This document shows positions 12,036 through 25,259 of a DNA stretch of 64,000 nucleotides, piece by piece. The stretch is taken from contig MU054120.1 in assembly GCA_013239625.1 (NCBI GenBank), forward strand, positions 496,001-560,000, in the 5' to 3' direction. This DNA is from Lama guanicoe. Lineage: Eukaryota. The notes under the pieces were generated by a model. The model searched no databases. It had not been told where the DNA came from and saw only the letters and a list, made by a program, of their open reading frames with translations. Positions within the stretch are counted from its first letter, which is position 1; each line of letters opens with the position of its first letter. The position numbers and the translations under genes are program-made.

Positions 12036-14319
12036 CATGAACAACTTATTCTCCAAATTGTAGGAGATTTGGAAGATAATTGCCATTTTAAATTACATTT
12101 TAAAAATTTACCTGTTGTAAAGAAAATTGCATTATTTCATAGTTTCCTGTATATGCAGTTGTAAATGAAAAAGATTGATCTTAAATATGCGAGTACATTT
12201 GCTGAGTGACTAGGACACAATGATGACGAGAAAGAAGAAAATCTGTAACGAAATGAGTATTATTTGACCCAAACTGAAAGAAAGGATATATTAGTGCATT
12301 TTCTGTTGAGGATAAGTTGGTCATAAATGTTTGAAAGAGAAGAAGAGTGGCAAAGCCATGTGAGAAGGAGGGAGTTGAATGACAGAGAATAAAGAAAGTG
12401 TTTAGTTATTAATTCCAGAATGGAGATGAGGTCAAGATGGTAGTTAGAAGTCTAGGAAATGAAATGTGGGTTGACTCTGAGGATGAAGATTTTGTGCTGA
12501 AAATATTAGGAAGATGCGACAATATTCTTAAGAACCCAATAGCAACAAAAGACTTCAAAAATTTAAATGTTACTGACAATCTCTCTAAAAGAAAGAAAAG
12601 TCTAGGTATATTAAAGTCAAAAGTAAAGATGAAACTTGAAGATTCAACAACCAACACTTGCAAATTAGCAAAATCAGTGACTAACTCTAATTGATTGATT
12701 CATGTTTGGATGAATGCATTTATTTTGTTTACTGTGGCCTTAGGAATGAAATGCAAATTTGAGACTTGAAAGGAAACACTAACCTAATTCAACATCTAAT
12801 GCTTGAGTCTTGTGCTAAAAGAGGCATGTTAAATTAAGACAAGCTGAACTCAGAAATATACTGAAACTGGTGATTTTAAAATGTGCGGATTCTTCAGATA
12901 TACACAAACTGTCCCTGTCGTGTCCAGTGGGTAGCAGCCACCCACCTGGAAGCCAGAGCCTTCAGGGGGGCCTCAGCAGTGCCCGTCTGTGCGTAGCGAA
13001 CTCTTCCCTGTCGGAGGGTCTTACTACTCTGTGATGTAAAAGATGCCTGCTCTGTGCTTTTCTCTTCTGCTTCTCTGTATTTCGGCGCTGTAAAACCCAG
13101 GCAGGATCTGGTGAGAGGTGGTAACCTTGCATACCTCCCCCTATTCACAGGCCAGCTGGTGGCCATTCATTAAAAATACTGTCTTGGTCATTTTCCAAAT
13201 GCAAGACAGTTCATTCGGTGCTAAAGAGGGAAGCATGAACCAGCAAAGTCATAGCACTCAAGGAACTGGAAGGAAACCGCAATCAACCTCAACATCTAAA
13301 GACGGAATCCTGCTTTAAAAGAGTTACGGTAAATAAGGCAAGCTACTACGACTATTTTTGGGGGGCAGAAATTAGTCAATAATTCCGATAACTGTAATAA
13401 GTCATACAATTGAAATATGAACAGAGAGTTAGTCATACTGGGACAAAAGGAAGGACTATAAATCAGCCTCCAAGGGGTAGGCTTCTCACGGGAGATAATA
13501 TTTGAGTTAAATCTGGATCGCTGAACACTGAGCTCAGGCAGGAACTGGTCGAAGGAAAAGACAAAAACCTTCTAAGCAGCAGCTAATTACGAAGACAGAC
13601 CAGTGAGAAACTTGATGTTGTCAGCTACAGCCTTGCAGAGACCTACCTGGCAAGGGGATCTCAGCCAGATGACTAGAAATATGTCTGGATTGGGGGGGGG
13701 GATTAAAGATTCAATTTGGGGAAAGCCCCGGCTGCAGTCGTGGGATAAGGCGCTCAGCAGGTGCTGAGGATGAAACCCAAGTAAACACTCGTTTTTAAGA
13801 GGTACAGGACCGACTGAGGGAAAAAGAAAAGCAGCGTTTGAAGAACTAGAAGAAACATAAAGCTCATATGATTCTGAAGGCAAGGGAGAAAAGAATTTAA
13901 AGAAGGAAGTAGGAGCTGAAAGAGACAAAATGCAGAAAGGTCACAAGAGTAAAACAAAAATAAGCCTGTTTTGTTTTGAAAACCACAAGTTAAAAGTTAT
14001 TTGAATTGATAATGGCAATCTAAACCATATTATGGTTGGCTGAGGAAAAAAAATCAAAAAGTGAAGATGCAAGCATGAACTATTCTTGTAAGAAATGACA
14101 AAGACTGTCTCCAGACTCCAGCATGGCTTCCCATCAGTTTAAGATCTTGTCCCGAGGATGACTCTATCGCCTTCAAATGCCAGCCTGAGGACGCCCAAGG
14201 CTGCCGGAAGCACGCGTAGTTCGTTACAGCCAACACCTGAAGATAGGGCCCCAGGCTCCCAGGCTTTGTGGGAGGATGGGATACTTTGATAAGTGTTAGT
14301 AGATTTTCTAGCCTGTGCA

Positions 14320-16400
14320 GTAAGAAAATAAAAATAAAGTTATAGAGATTGAAAAGAAAGAAGTAAAACTGCCAGTTTTTAAAGATGACTTGATTCTACT
14401 TAGAAAACGAATACTTTTCTTAGAAAACGCCCGTAAAACCGTAGTATTAATAAAGTAATTTAGTAGCATTACTAGATACAAAGTCAATACACAAAGTCAA
14501 ATGCATTTTAGCTACTGGACATAAATAATTTGAAAATTAAATTTTAAAAACAATCCTACTTGCAAGATATCAAAACATCAAATACCTAGGAACGACTTTA
14601 ACAAAAGAAGTGCGTGACCTCAACCAGACACCTACATGTTACTGCTGAGGGAAACCGAAGATCTAAAATGGGGAAAACAGATTCGTATGTTAACAGACTC
14701 AGTGGTTTAAAAATGCCATCTCTCTCCAGCTTGATATATATTCATTGCAATACTGTGAAACTGAAATGCTGATTCTCAAATTTATACAAAAACCAAAGGA
14801 CCTAGAATATCCAAGGAAATCTTGAACAGCAATGTTGGAAGATGTCCATTACTAGGCATCACAAATTATTATAAAGCTAAAGGAGTAAAGGCAGGGTGGT
14901 ATTAACTCAAAGATAAGCAACTATACTAACAGAACAAAAACAGAGTTTCCAGAACCAGACCAAACATACATGATCACCTGATAAAACGGCGAGGTTACCG
15001 ATGTCATTCGAATGTAGCATAAAGCTCACCGTCCCCATAAATGGTTTTGTGATACCTGTTTATTGGGTCAATTGGATTTCTATATTCAAAACTAAACCAT
15101 GACTTCGTAACATAAAAAAAATTCAAAAGATATCATAGACTTGGATGAGAAAGGTGAAACAATACGGCTTCCAGACATGCCTGTTTGATCGGAGGTAGAT
15201 GATTTATTAAATGGGACACAAGAGCACTATCCACGATGTAAAAGTTTATAAACCGGACCTCATGGAAAGTAAGAACCTTCTGTTTCTAAAAAGACAAAAT
15301 TAAGAGCCTAATAATGCAGGCTACATACTGAGAGAAAAGATTCACAATATGTGTATCTGACACAAACCGAATTTCAAAATATATTAAAACCTATTAGAAG
15401 AGTAACACTAACAATTCAGATTTTTTTTTAAATGAGCAAAAAACTCAAACAGGCACTTCATAAAAGAGGATCCAGACAGCCAAAACCTATATAAAAACAT
15501 AACATAAAAAGTCATCAGGGAAATGCAAAATAAAACTAAATGAGATACTATTATATTTTGCCTGAATGGCTAAAATGAAGATTTGCTAATACTGAGACAT
15601 GACAAGGAGTGATGGAAGAGTTAGAACTTTCATACAGTGTTGGTAGGAGTAAAAATGTCAGAAACACTTTAAAAAATTGTTTAGAAGTATGTACCAAAGC
15701 CAGACACACACACACACACACGAGATATATATATATCTCGTGTGTGTGTGTGTGTGTATGTATGTATATATATATACACCCCATATATCTTTGAAACTTT
15801 GATTCTATTCTGGGTAGAAATGCAAAAGAAATGATTGAAGGCATGCACCAAGAGACTGTCCTAGATGGTTCATGACAACATTACTTGTAAAAGCCTCGTG
15901 CTGAAAACAGTGCCCATGACCAGTCGGATAGATAATAAATCACAAAGTACCCACACAGTCCAGTTCTGCAGAGCCATGAAAAAGTACAGATTCCTCCTCT
16001 ACACCCTCACATAACTGATTCACACCGACATGATGCTGAGCAAAAGAAGGCAGGCACGAGAGTACATAGTCTATTATGCCAGTGACGTTAAATTATGAAA
16101 TGAAGAAGAAAGCAGAAACAGCCTATGGTGACAGAGATCAGAATAGTGGTTACCTTTGGGGGATTATATGCTCGCTGGGGACAAGAAAAAGCCTGCTGGA
16201 GTGCTGGAAATGTAGTTCATTACATGGATGTGTGTGTGTGTGTATATATAATGTGTATATATAAAATGTGCACATATATTTCATATGAGTAATGTATTGA
16301 TTACATGGTTATGTGTGTAAAAATACCAAGTTGTACACTTATGATCAAGTTGATGCTTTATTATGTGTCACTACATCTCAATAGAAAGGCAAATGAAAAA
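14320..16400 (+). mobile_element. Old 5'-truncated L1 (L1M-type; ORF2 3' half + 3' UTR)
   Basis: GAAAGAAGTAAAACTGCCAGTTTTTAAAGATGACTTGATT is a degenerate FADDMI region. AAATACCTAGGAA, GTCATCAGGGAAATGCAAAATAAAAC and a 3' UTR ending CATCTCAATAGAAAG follow. Confidence 0.85.
15704..15757. repeat. Perfect 54-bp palindromic compound microsatellite (AC)n-CGAG-(AT)6-CTCG-(TG)n
   Basis: 17-nt AC arm, core CGAGATATATATATATCTCG, 17-nt TG arm; exact reverse complement of itself. Confidence 0.95.
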
Positions 16401-18553
16401 ACAGGAGGGAGGGGGTAATTAGAACAAGGCTCTGGGTGACTGAAGGGATGGGATTAAGAGCACAGGTGAAAGGTTTTCATTGTAAAGGAAGAGTGGATTG
16501 TACCACTTTCTCTGAGACTTGAGGGAAGAAGAGAAGTATAAATATGCATATTAATTGGAGGGGGCGGTTTAAGTGAGCAGGAGTGGGGAATATAAGGAAT
16601 TCAAACAGTGATCAGAGACCACCTTTGGGCACAGGACGTCCGTGGCGTAGAGTCACTGCCCTCCGCTTCAGACTGGTGTCCTTAGCCTCCAAGCACAGAA
16701 GTCCCGTTCTCCCACAGCACTCTCATCAGGTGCTTAAAATTTACTTTTTATCTCACTTATTTCTGACAATGGTTCCTCCATTCATTTCTGCCCTCAACTC
16801 TATGTCTCTGTAATTCAAGACTAGCCTAGAAAATTATGCCCGCATAGAACATCTCAAAAAGTGGCTTCCCAGCATCAGACAAGACCTCACCACGCCACTG
16901 GGAGTCTGGGCATCTGATGTTAATCTTGTGACCTGTTCAGATGCCTTTACTGCAGTATTATCAAGATAAGGTGCTGTATAGTAATGTACTGAAAATGATA
17001 GGATCTCTATAGTCATTTGTTTGGAATCTATGAAGTATAAAAAAATCATCTAACTTGGAATTAAATAGCCATTTATTGCATCTGGTGCCAAAAAAAAAAA
17101 AGCATCAATTTATTTCTTCTTCAAATGATGGAAGGAAGTCAAGAATTTCCAAAACAAGAAGCACTCTTCTCAGATTTAGAAGATGGGAGAGCAGACCACC
17201 CAGACTGCCACACTGTAAAGCCACAAGAACTGGCTCTGTTGTAGCTCAGGGGACATCTCAATGAGAGGAACACCAGCGACACTGCCTTTGCTTTTTGGAA
17301 AAGACAAATATCCCCTCTTTCCCAAAGAGTGCTTTGGAGAAAGTATATAAAAATAAAACAGTCTTAATTGCTCCTAGATGTTTTTTATCTCTAATCCACA
17401 ATGCCTTGTCAAAATCTAGAGCCAGGAATTATAGTTGTCAAAGATCCCAAATCTGGCCCAGATAGCAAATCTTTCCTAGATTTAGCAACACAAAGTTAAG
17501 GTTCGAGTCATAGCTGGTCACCTTGGCTATGACTTTTCTGTCTGTGGACTAAGATGTAGACAGAAGAGAAATCTCTGCACATATGGGGTGTAGGGCCACC
17601 ATTGCATAATCATGTGCTTATACAGGTTGCAGGAAAGTCCTTCTGCTTAAAGATCCTCCAGTTTCTCATCAGTAAGGATGTTTGCTTCTGGCTGTGATGA
17701 GACCGTATTCTTTGATCCCTCTCATTAGTGAAGCAGAGGTTCACGTTCCTGCTAATATTTGCCCTTCTAGCTGATCTTCCAGCTCCATCTGGAGCTGCTA
17801 AGGAAGTTGTTTCTGAAAAGCCACGGAGTGGGAAACAGTGGGCAGTATCGCCGTGCGAAATCGTGATTCAGAGGCCTGGAGACAGTCGGGTGGCACTGAT
17901 ATCCTCCAGAAGACGTGATCAGATTGAAGCAAAAATGGCTGTCTGCCCCACCAGCTGCCAGGAAATACATCTGCAGGAAATATTGTTACTGGAGAATAAC
18001 TGGGTTTTCCTCATCTGTACAGAATCTGAAACTCAGCCTCTGACATTTCAGAAAAATAGAGCTTAACGCTGTCACTGCCTCTGTATGTTTGGGGCTGAAA
18101 ACACCACAGGCAGTACTAGGTGAGAGAAGTAAGGACAAAGATTATGCGCAAAGGGAACGGCCTGTAGATTAACTAAAATACCCAGCAGTGGTGGCTGCAC
18201 AGAGTCGGGTAACGAAGGACCCTGTTCAAGGATGCCCCGGACTTTCAACTTTACAGTCGCTCCTTGTCTGTGTAGCTCTCTACTGATTACAAAACATTTC
18301 AGACACATTATAACCACCCCACTACCTCCGTCCTCCCAAATCCTGCGGCAGGAAAGCCAAGGAGGAGGGCAGAAGGGAAACATAACTGTGGCTCCATATG
18401 TCCTGTTCGGGGAAGGCATTTTGCAATTTCTGTCGGGGTCCCTTTGTTGTTAGAGGGTGAGGAAAAATTTCTTTTAAGTTTCTTGAAATGTCACGAGTTC
18501 TTGGTTATGCTTACCTTGTTTCCTGGGTGATCTATATTTTTAAACACCTAATT

Positions 18554-18711
18554 CGGGGCTTCTCAACTTCGTCATCAGTGATGTGTGGGCTGAGGTGATT
18601 CTTTGCCATGGAGGGTGTCCTGCACATTGCAGGGTATTTAGTGGCTTCCCTGTTCTCCAGGCGCCAGGAGTCACAGATGTTGGCAAATGTAGGCGGATGG
18701 ACTGAGAACTA
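18554..18711. mobile_element. MER20-like hAT DNA transposon fossil
   Basis: GGGGCTTCTCAAC...ATTCTTTGCCATGGAGGGTGTCCTGCACATTGCAGGGTATTTAG...TGAGAACTA; TTCTCAA/TGAGAA terminal inverted motif. Confidence 0.75.
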
Positions 18712-20164
18712 GACGGAGAGGGATTAATAAGGCAAGAGAACAGAGTAGCTGCTTTGATTTAAATAAATTCCTATATAAAAAAATCATGTTATGTATGAAC
18801 AATTTTGAAAGAATTGTTATTTAACAAATCTGCTTACCACCCTCTAATCTGCTTACTAACCCACTAAACAGAATACTGTAGATTCTTTTGGACATCAAGT
18901 GAACAGATAAGTTCCAACATTTACTGCTCCAGTGACTCTCTGTGTTATATTTTGGGAGAATTTATTAGAACCTTTTTACTTTGGCATTTCTCTACATTTT
19001 GGATTTCATCCTGATACGAAGTCTTTCCAAAAGGTCAGATTTGGATTCCTTCTTCTTTCTACTCTCTCTCTCTCGCTCCCATAAACGACTCAGGAGACAT
19101 CACTCTGACTACAGTTACCCTCTGCAGGACCTGTGCTGAACCCGTCTTCCAATTCACATGTTTTCTCTTCCTTTTTTTGTGAAAACAGTACCAGTATTTG
19201 CACAATCCCTTACAAATGATTGATAAAAGATTGATGTTCTTTCCTCAAATCAACATATTTTAAGATACGATTACTCTCGAGTGGACAAATAAAGTCATCA
19301 AAGACAAGTGAGAGTTAACATTTCCAGAATTAAAATATTTTATAGAATATTTAAAAGAAATTAATGAGAATTAGGTGAAAATAAATGTTAATTAAGCTCA
19401 TTTGACATATGGAGAGCTATTTTCAATTTTGGACCATTATCTGAACTTGGAAGAAGAACAAAATGTCAACTTGACCCCAACAGCCGCTTGGCAGTACAGA
19501 CGAGATGATCTGGATCTCATAAGGTTCCAGTAATTCAGAAATAATCAGATATTCTAAATTGAGAGAGACTGAAAATCCAGTCAAGAGTTAGGCTAATTGA
19601 GAACGAGGTGAGAAAGTGAACAGTGTTTTGGATGTTCCTATTTGAGAAAACATAAGAGGCATGGGAATCAAATGAACACAGAAAGTAACTTTCTTGAATA
19701 AAGCAGATGTGTGTGGTGTATAAAAGAGCAGGCAATCTTTCAACTTGGAACCAGGTATCGTACTCATTTACAGGGGACTTAGAGTCCCGTTACTCTGGCT
19801 TCCAGGTGCACTTGAGGAAAACACTCTACCAGGTGTCCAGTTTGTATGTTGTCTGTAAATTTTATATCCCTTTAAATGCCAAGTCCTTGTAGTTTTCAAG
19901 CCACTTGATGTTAATTAAAGCCCTGAACTCTGCAGACTTTCATTTCATTACTGTTCAGTGCCAAGCTTGGGGCTTTCTGGAAGCATGGCACAAAGCGGCA
20001 GACAGAGAGGCTGCATTCTGGTTTGGAAGATGGTAAATCCACAGCAGAAAATGATTTCGCCTTAATAACTAAGTCTTTTTGTTGAAAAACAGAAACAAAG
20101 CAACATCCTAGTTTGCTTCTCGGCCTGTAGGAGCCAGGCTTGGCTAATGGGCTATTTTATTTAT

Positions 20165-20385
20165 TTACAAGATAGTTATAACACCTGCACGCATCAGCTA
20201 CTGTTCGAGGCACTTTACTAATATTAACTTATTTCTGTCTTAAAACAAGCCTTATGGTTCCTACTGTTATAGGTGTCATTTTCCAAATGAGGAAACCAGA
20301 GACGTAGAGTTACTTACCCCAGGACCCTGGGCTGCTTTCAAATCCAGACTTTCTGGCTCTGAGGTCTGTGCCCTTAGGTACCAAA
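20165..20385 (-). mobile_element. MIR SINE
   Basis: CATTTTCCAAATGAGGAAACCAGAG...TTCAAATCCAGACTTTCTGGCTCTGAGG. Confidence 0.75.
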
Positions 20386-21632
20386 CCCCGCTGTCTGAAT
20401 CAGAAATTAAAATTTCATGGAAGCAGCTCAGATCTGGCACCAGGAGCCAGGGGACGAGGGCGTCCCAAATGCTTAGACAACCTGAGGGATCAAAACCTGG
20501 GAAGTCGGTTTTACTGTGACAGCCAAGAGACCTAAACCTAAATAGAGTTTAGACCAGGACCTGAACGGAGAGAGAAGCTCAGGAGTCGGGCAGGACTGGA
20601 AAATGGAGTAACTGCAGAGCAATGGGAGCCCAAAGGAAAGGCCACTGTGACACCTTCGTCTCCGTGCTGTGTGAAGACTCCTAGCCACTATGTCACGGGT
20701 ACGCTGGGCCAATTCAGTAAGCAAGCCTTGGGCAACAGTCTCCCCCGTGAATGTGTCTCTTTCCCTCCCCTCTGCCCTCTAGGGCTCGGTGAGGATACAG
20801 GACAAGAGGCAGACGGGCGGGATGTGCCAGTGTCACTCCTTTCCTCTAACATTTTAAAACTTACTATTCCTTCTTTATACATGCTTCTCAATAATACTTC
20901 CTTTTTTTCTGGGAGTGTTCATCTGGTAAGGCAAACCTTGGCTCTGAGATATTGATGTGTTCAGGATAGAAAGTGCGAAACAAATCAAGACCCAGGTAAC
21001 ACAAACAAGGTATAGGAAAACGGATCGCAAGTTCTCAGCCTCGTACTGGGTCACGTGAACACAGGCACCACCAGCAGGTAAATTGTGTTTGATCCGTGAA
21101 CCGACCGGGAGGTGGGTGTCTAGGGCTGGCTGTCCGTTTCTCTTTGTTTTGATGTAACGTTGAAAAGTAAAAGCAATCAGGCAGCTACCTTTCAGTAACG
21201 GTGGTGAATTGAGTATCGTCTTTAATTGGCATCTCTCCTCCAGATTCTCCCTGAACTTGGAAAAGTGTATAAAAACACAGGGAAGCGTGTCTTAGTCTGT
21301 AAATGATGAACGTGAAAAGTACATGCAGGGAGCTCCTTTAGCATCCGAAACGGTCGCTGGGAGTACATCCCTGGTCAGAAGTGCAGTAACATGTGGTGAA
21401 CGTGTAGGTTATTGTATATTTGGGGAATAATTTCGCCTTAACAATATTCTTGAGAAAACTATAGATAAAAGAGCAAGGATTTTTGTTTTTAATGTGTTTA
21501 CTCCATGTGTGGCACACTGATGGGGCAGTAGTCTTGCTGTAAGAGTGACCAACCATTTAACTTAGACAGTGGCACGGCCAGCTGCCCCAGCAGACTTACC
21601 AGGACCTCCTTCAGCAAGAAGATGCTGCTTCC

Positions 21633-22012
21633 CAGAGAAAGACAAATTTTATATCACTTGTATGTGGAATCTAAGACAAAGACACAGATGAACTTATTTA
21701 CAGAACAGAAGCAGACTCACAGACCTAGAAAACAAACTTACAGTTACCAAAGGGAAAGGGGGCACTAGAGTAGGAGTTTGAGATTAACAGGTAAGATACA
21801 AACTCCTGTATATAAACAGATAAACAACAAGGATCTACTGTACAGCACAGGGAACGATATTCAATAGCTTGTAATAACCTCGAATGGAAAAGAAACTGAA
21901 AAAGTATAGATACATATATAGGTGTGTGTGTATAACTGAATCACTTTGTTACCAGAAGCTAACATAACATTGTAAATCACTGTAAATCAACTAGTCATCG
22001 ATTTTTTAAAAA
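21633..22012 (+). mobile_element. 5'-truncated L1 3' UTR
   Basis: CAGAGAAAGACAAA...ATGTGGAATCTAA...CAGCACAGGGAAC...TATAACTGAATCACTTTG...TAAATCAACTA followed by an A tail. Confidence 0.9.
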
Positions 22013-22654
22013 GAGAGGTGCTTTTCCTTATTAAGAACGCCTGTAGAAGGAATGCTTCCTCCTTCCATATTCTATCCCATATGATACCTTGATGTCCAAA
22101 TTGCAAAGTTAAATCACAATAAATCAAAAATGTCCCTTCTCTCTTTACCTCCCCCGGGAGAGTCTACCAGAGATACACACAGTCTCTTTGGAGAACCAAT
22201 CCCCATTCACAATACTGCATGAGCACAGATCTGCCTCTGCAAAGATATACAAAGAGAAAAAAATCACTGGTTGAGAAGTGCTTTAGCAGTTCAAGAGAAG
22301 AGAATCAGTGTGAAGAATGAGAAATGACCACTCCTTTTCATAATGGTGTTTCTAGCAGAAAGATGTTAGAAAATGTTTATTTTCAACAAGGCACAGGATG
22401 TTGCTAGATGAAGACAGGCTCAAAGAGGGGATTATGACATCAGGAAAAAATTGCATGGGAAGGGAAAATGTGATTGCAAAATGCTAAAAAAAGAGAGAAA
22501 AGAAAAAAGCAGTGGAAGCAGGAAGAATCAATGGGAATACTAAGACAATTGAAATAATGAAACAGAACACATAGAGTTCTTTAAAAAAACATAACTCGGG
22601 AAAAAAAAGGTGGCAGCATGAAATTAATAAGGAAAAAAGACATGGAGGAAATGC

Positions 22655-23215
22655 TGATTCATTAATTTCTCAATCCATTTAACAAATATTTTGGAGTACC
22701 CACTATTTGAAGGCACTGTTGCAAATACAGGTGACAGAACGGTGAGCAAGTTAATGTTCTTGCCTCACAGGGGTTACATTATAGTGAGTGGTACTGACAA
22801 CAGTCCATTAGCAAATAAATGTATAATGTAATGTCAGGTCGTGTCAGATGCTCTGAAGACAACCAAAGCAAGGTAAGAGGACAGAGAATGGTAATAGGGT
22901 TGCCAGAGATGGCCTCTCTGAGGTGACATTTCAGCAGATAATGCAATAATATAAGAGCGTGACCTGTGTGAAGAGCATTCCAGGCAGAGCTTAGCAAGTT
23001 CAAAGACCATGAGGACAAGGACAAGGATGTGCACATTCATGTAGAGGTAGTGGTATGACCAAGTGAAGAATGCTAGAAAATGAAGTCAGTTAGTCAGCAG
23101 CAGATAATTTAGGTTCCATAAGGTCATGTAAGGAGTTTGGATTTATCTCAAGAGTGAGAGGAAGCCGCTGGAGGGTTTTAAGCAGGTCAGTGATTCAGTT
23201 TATATTTTAAAGAGA
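22655..23215 (-). mobile_element. L2 LINE 3' region
   Basis: CATTTAACAAATATTTTGGAGTACCCACTATTTGAAGGCACTGT...GAGGTGACATTTCAGCAGA...AAGAGCATTCCAGGCAGAG...GGAGGGTTTTAAGCAGG. Confidence 0.85.
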
Positions 23216-23711
23216 TAATGTTTGAAATAAGAAAATTTACATGTATCTTCAGCTTCTTTTCTTTTTTTCCCCAAAAAGAGAAGTGAAAGTGTAAATCAGA
23301 ACTAAAGAAATTGCTTACCTCCAGCAAGTGAGTGGAAGGAAACAGGGCAGAAAGAGGGAAGGAAGTAACACTTCCCGGGGAGATTTTTTACTTAGTCAGA
23401 GATGAAAACAAACAGAAACAAAGCAGCCAAGTTGTATTCCAGTTAAGAACATAACTGCCCTGGAAAAAAGGGGTATAGGAGAAATGATCTAAGTGATTGC
23501 TGAACACGTATTCTGAACACATGCTTTTAATTTGAAAACAAAACAATGATGAATCTCTAACTTTTCTCAGTAGACCTGTGCTCAGAAGTAACCAAAATGT
23601 CTGCGTCTTGGCTCTGTAGGCTTTCCACTACCATCTGCTCTGCACACGGGTTATGGCTCAGGGCTGTCCGTGTGCGCCTGAAAGCGAGTCCCTTGGAGCT
23701 TAATTTGAATG

Positions 23712-23905
23712 ATAATATAGCAGAGAGATCATGGGCTTCAGAACCCTACAGGTAAAGCTTTAAATTCCAAATACGCTCTTTGCTAGCTCTTGGCATTGAG
23801 CACATCACTTAATCTCTTTGAGTATGGCTTTCCCCATCAGTAAAGCGAACATAATAAAATCTAATTTATTGGATTATAGTGAAAATTAGATGACATAATT
23901 GGCAA
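23712..23905 (+). mobile_element. MIR SINE
   Basis: ATCACTTAATCTCTTTGAGTATGGCTTTCCCCATCAGTAAAG...GTGAAAATTAGATGACATAAT. Confidence 0.7.
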
Positions 23906-24719
23906 AGAGTGATGGACACGGACTCTTTATCTTAAAAGAAAAGCAATCAAATTTCCATCTTGTTAGAGTGGTTAGGCTATCCAGTGTTAAATTCTGAATG
24001 ACTACGTTCCATACACGTGATTGAAGTCGAAACTCAAGAACCAAACAGCAGTAATTAAGCTTGAAATAGAATCTAATATCAACATGTCAGTTAATATAGG
24101 ATTTATTGGGGAAATTTCATATAAGATTTAGGAGTTAGAGAAATTGTCTCTCTCGTGATGATGAAACCTCTGTCATCCATAATTAAATATAGTAAGTATT
24201 CAATATTTCCCTTACTTAAGATTGAGAAGTCAGTTATAAGGACTTCAGTAGCTTTTGGTCTTAACACAAAAGAAAGGTAACAGTAAGAAAATGCATTTCT
24301 TTATCATCTTTAGCCTCACTCACATCTTTGGCTTTCTGACTTTAGAGAGCGAATCTAGAATGAAGCAGTTACTAGGATCCTAGTTACTAGGATGCTTTAA
24401 GTGTATACCAGAAATTGACATATTGTAGCTGACTTCAGCTTCAATTTAAAGAAAAAAAAAGACTGAATCTATTTTTGCTATTGAATAGTTGCTTACGAAA
24501 ACAAAATTTCATTCTATTTTTCCTAAATGAATGTAAGCTCTATTAATAATTCTTCTTGGAACATTATAAAGAAAATGAAAAAATGCACATTTAAGCATGA
24601 TTTGAGAAATGCAATGACATTATGAGCTACAAGGCAATAACTTTAAAAATTACTATTCATTTCAAAACAATATCACATAATTATTTTCCTGCCCTGTCAA
24701 CGCTCTTATGTTACTATTT

Positions 24720-25250
24720 TAGACTCAGATAAACAGTCCAAAATATATTTGCAATATATATCCCAGCATATTTGGAATCTTTGCATGGAAAAAGAGGCGT
24801 TTTAAATCAGTGGGGAATGGAAGGATAATAAAATGATTGCTGTTAGAATACTGACTATTTATTTAGAAGAAACTAAAGTTTGAGTACTAATCATTATGTA
24901 TAAAAATGAAATCTAGATTGATTAGAAATTCAAACATCATAATATTTGGAAAAAAGTATGGAAATATTTTAACAATCTTGAAATAGAAAAATTTCTTTGA
25001 GGGAACCCACCCAACCCAGAGATAAAACATGACAGGCATGACTATATAGAAAGTACAAATTTTTGTGTAGTGAAAGATGCCATAAATGACAAGCAATGAA
25101 AGGAAGCAAAATATAAAAAAAAAATTTCAACTAAGCAACACAGGTCTGAACAACTGAATAGAAAATTGGGCAAATAACACAAACCAACAATCCACAGAAA
25201 TAAATGGACACAACCAATAAACACATAAAGAGATGTCCAGACTCACTGAC
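24720..25250 (+). mobile_element. Old L1 ORF2 3' fragment
   Basis: AAATCAGTGGGGAATGGAAGGA...AATAGAAAATTGGGCAAA...CCAATAAACACATAAAGAGATGTCCAGACTCACT. Confidence 0.7.
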
Positions 25251-25259
25251 AAGGAAGGA

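Noticed and set aside
12894..13166. 90-aa minus-strand ORF in a GC-richer patch as an exon
   Set aside because: No recognisable protein in the frames I read and no convincing splice-site pair.
17728..18453. Cluster of 67-115 aa ORFs on both strands
   Set aside because: No domain similarity; lengths compatible with chance.
24368..24394. AGTTACTAGGATCCTAGTTACTAGGAT short duplication/palindrome and similar micro-duplications (4246, 14400, 26590, 39084)
   Set aside because: Ordinary slippage duplications; no array or spacer structure, nothing CRISPR-like.
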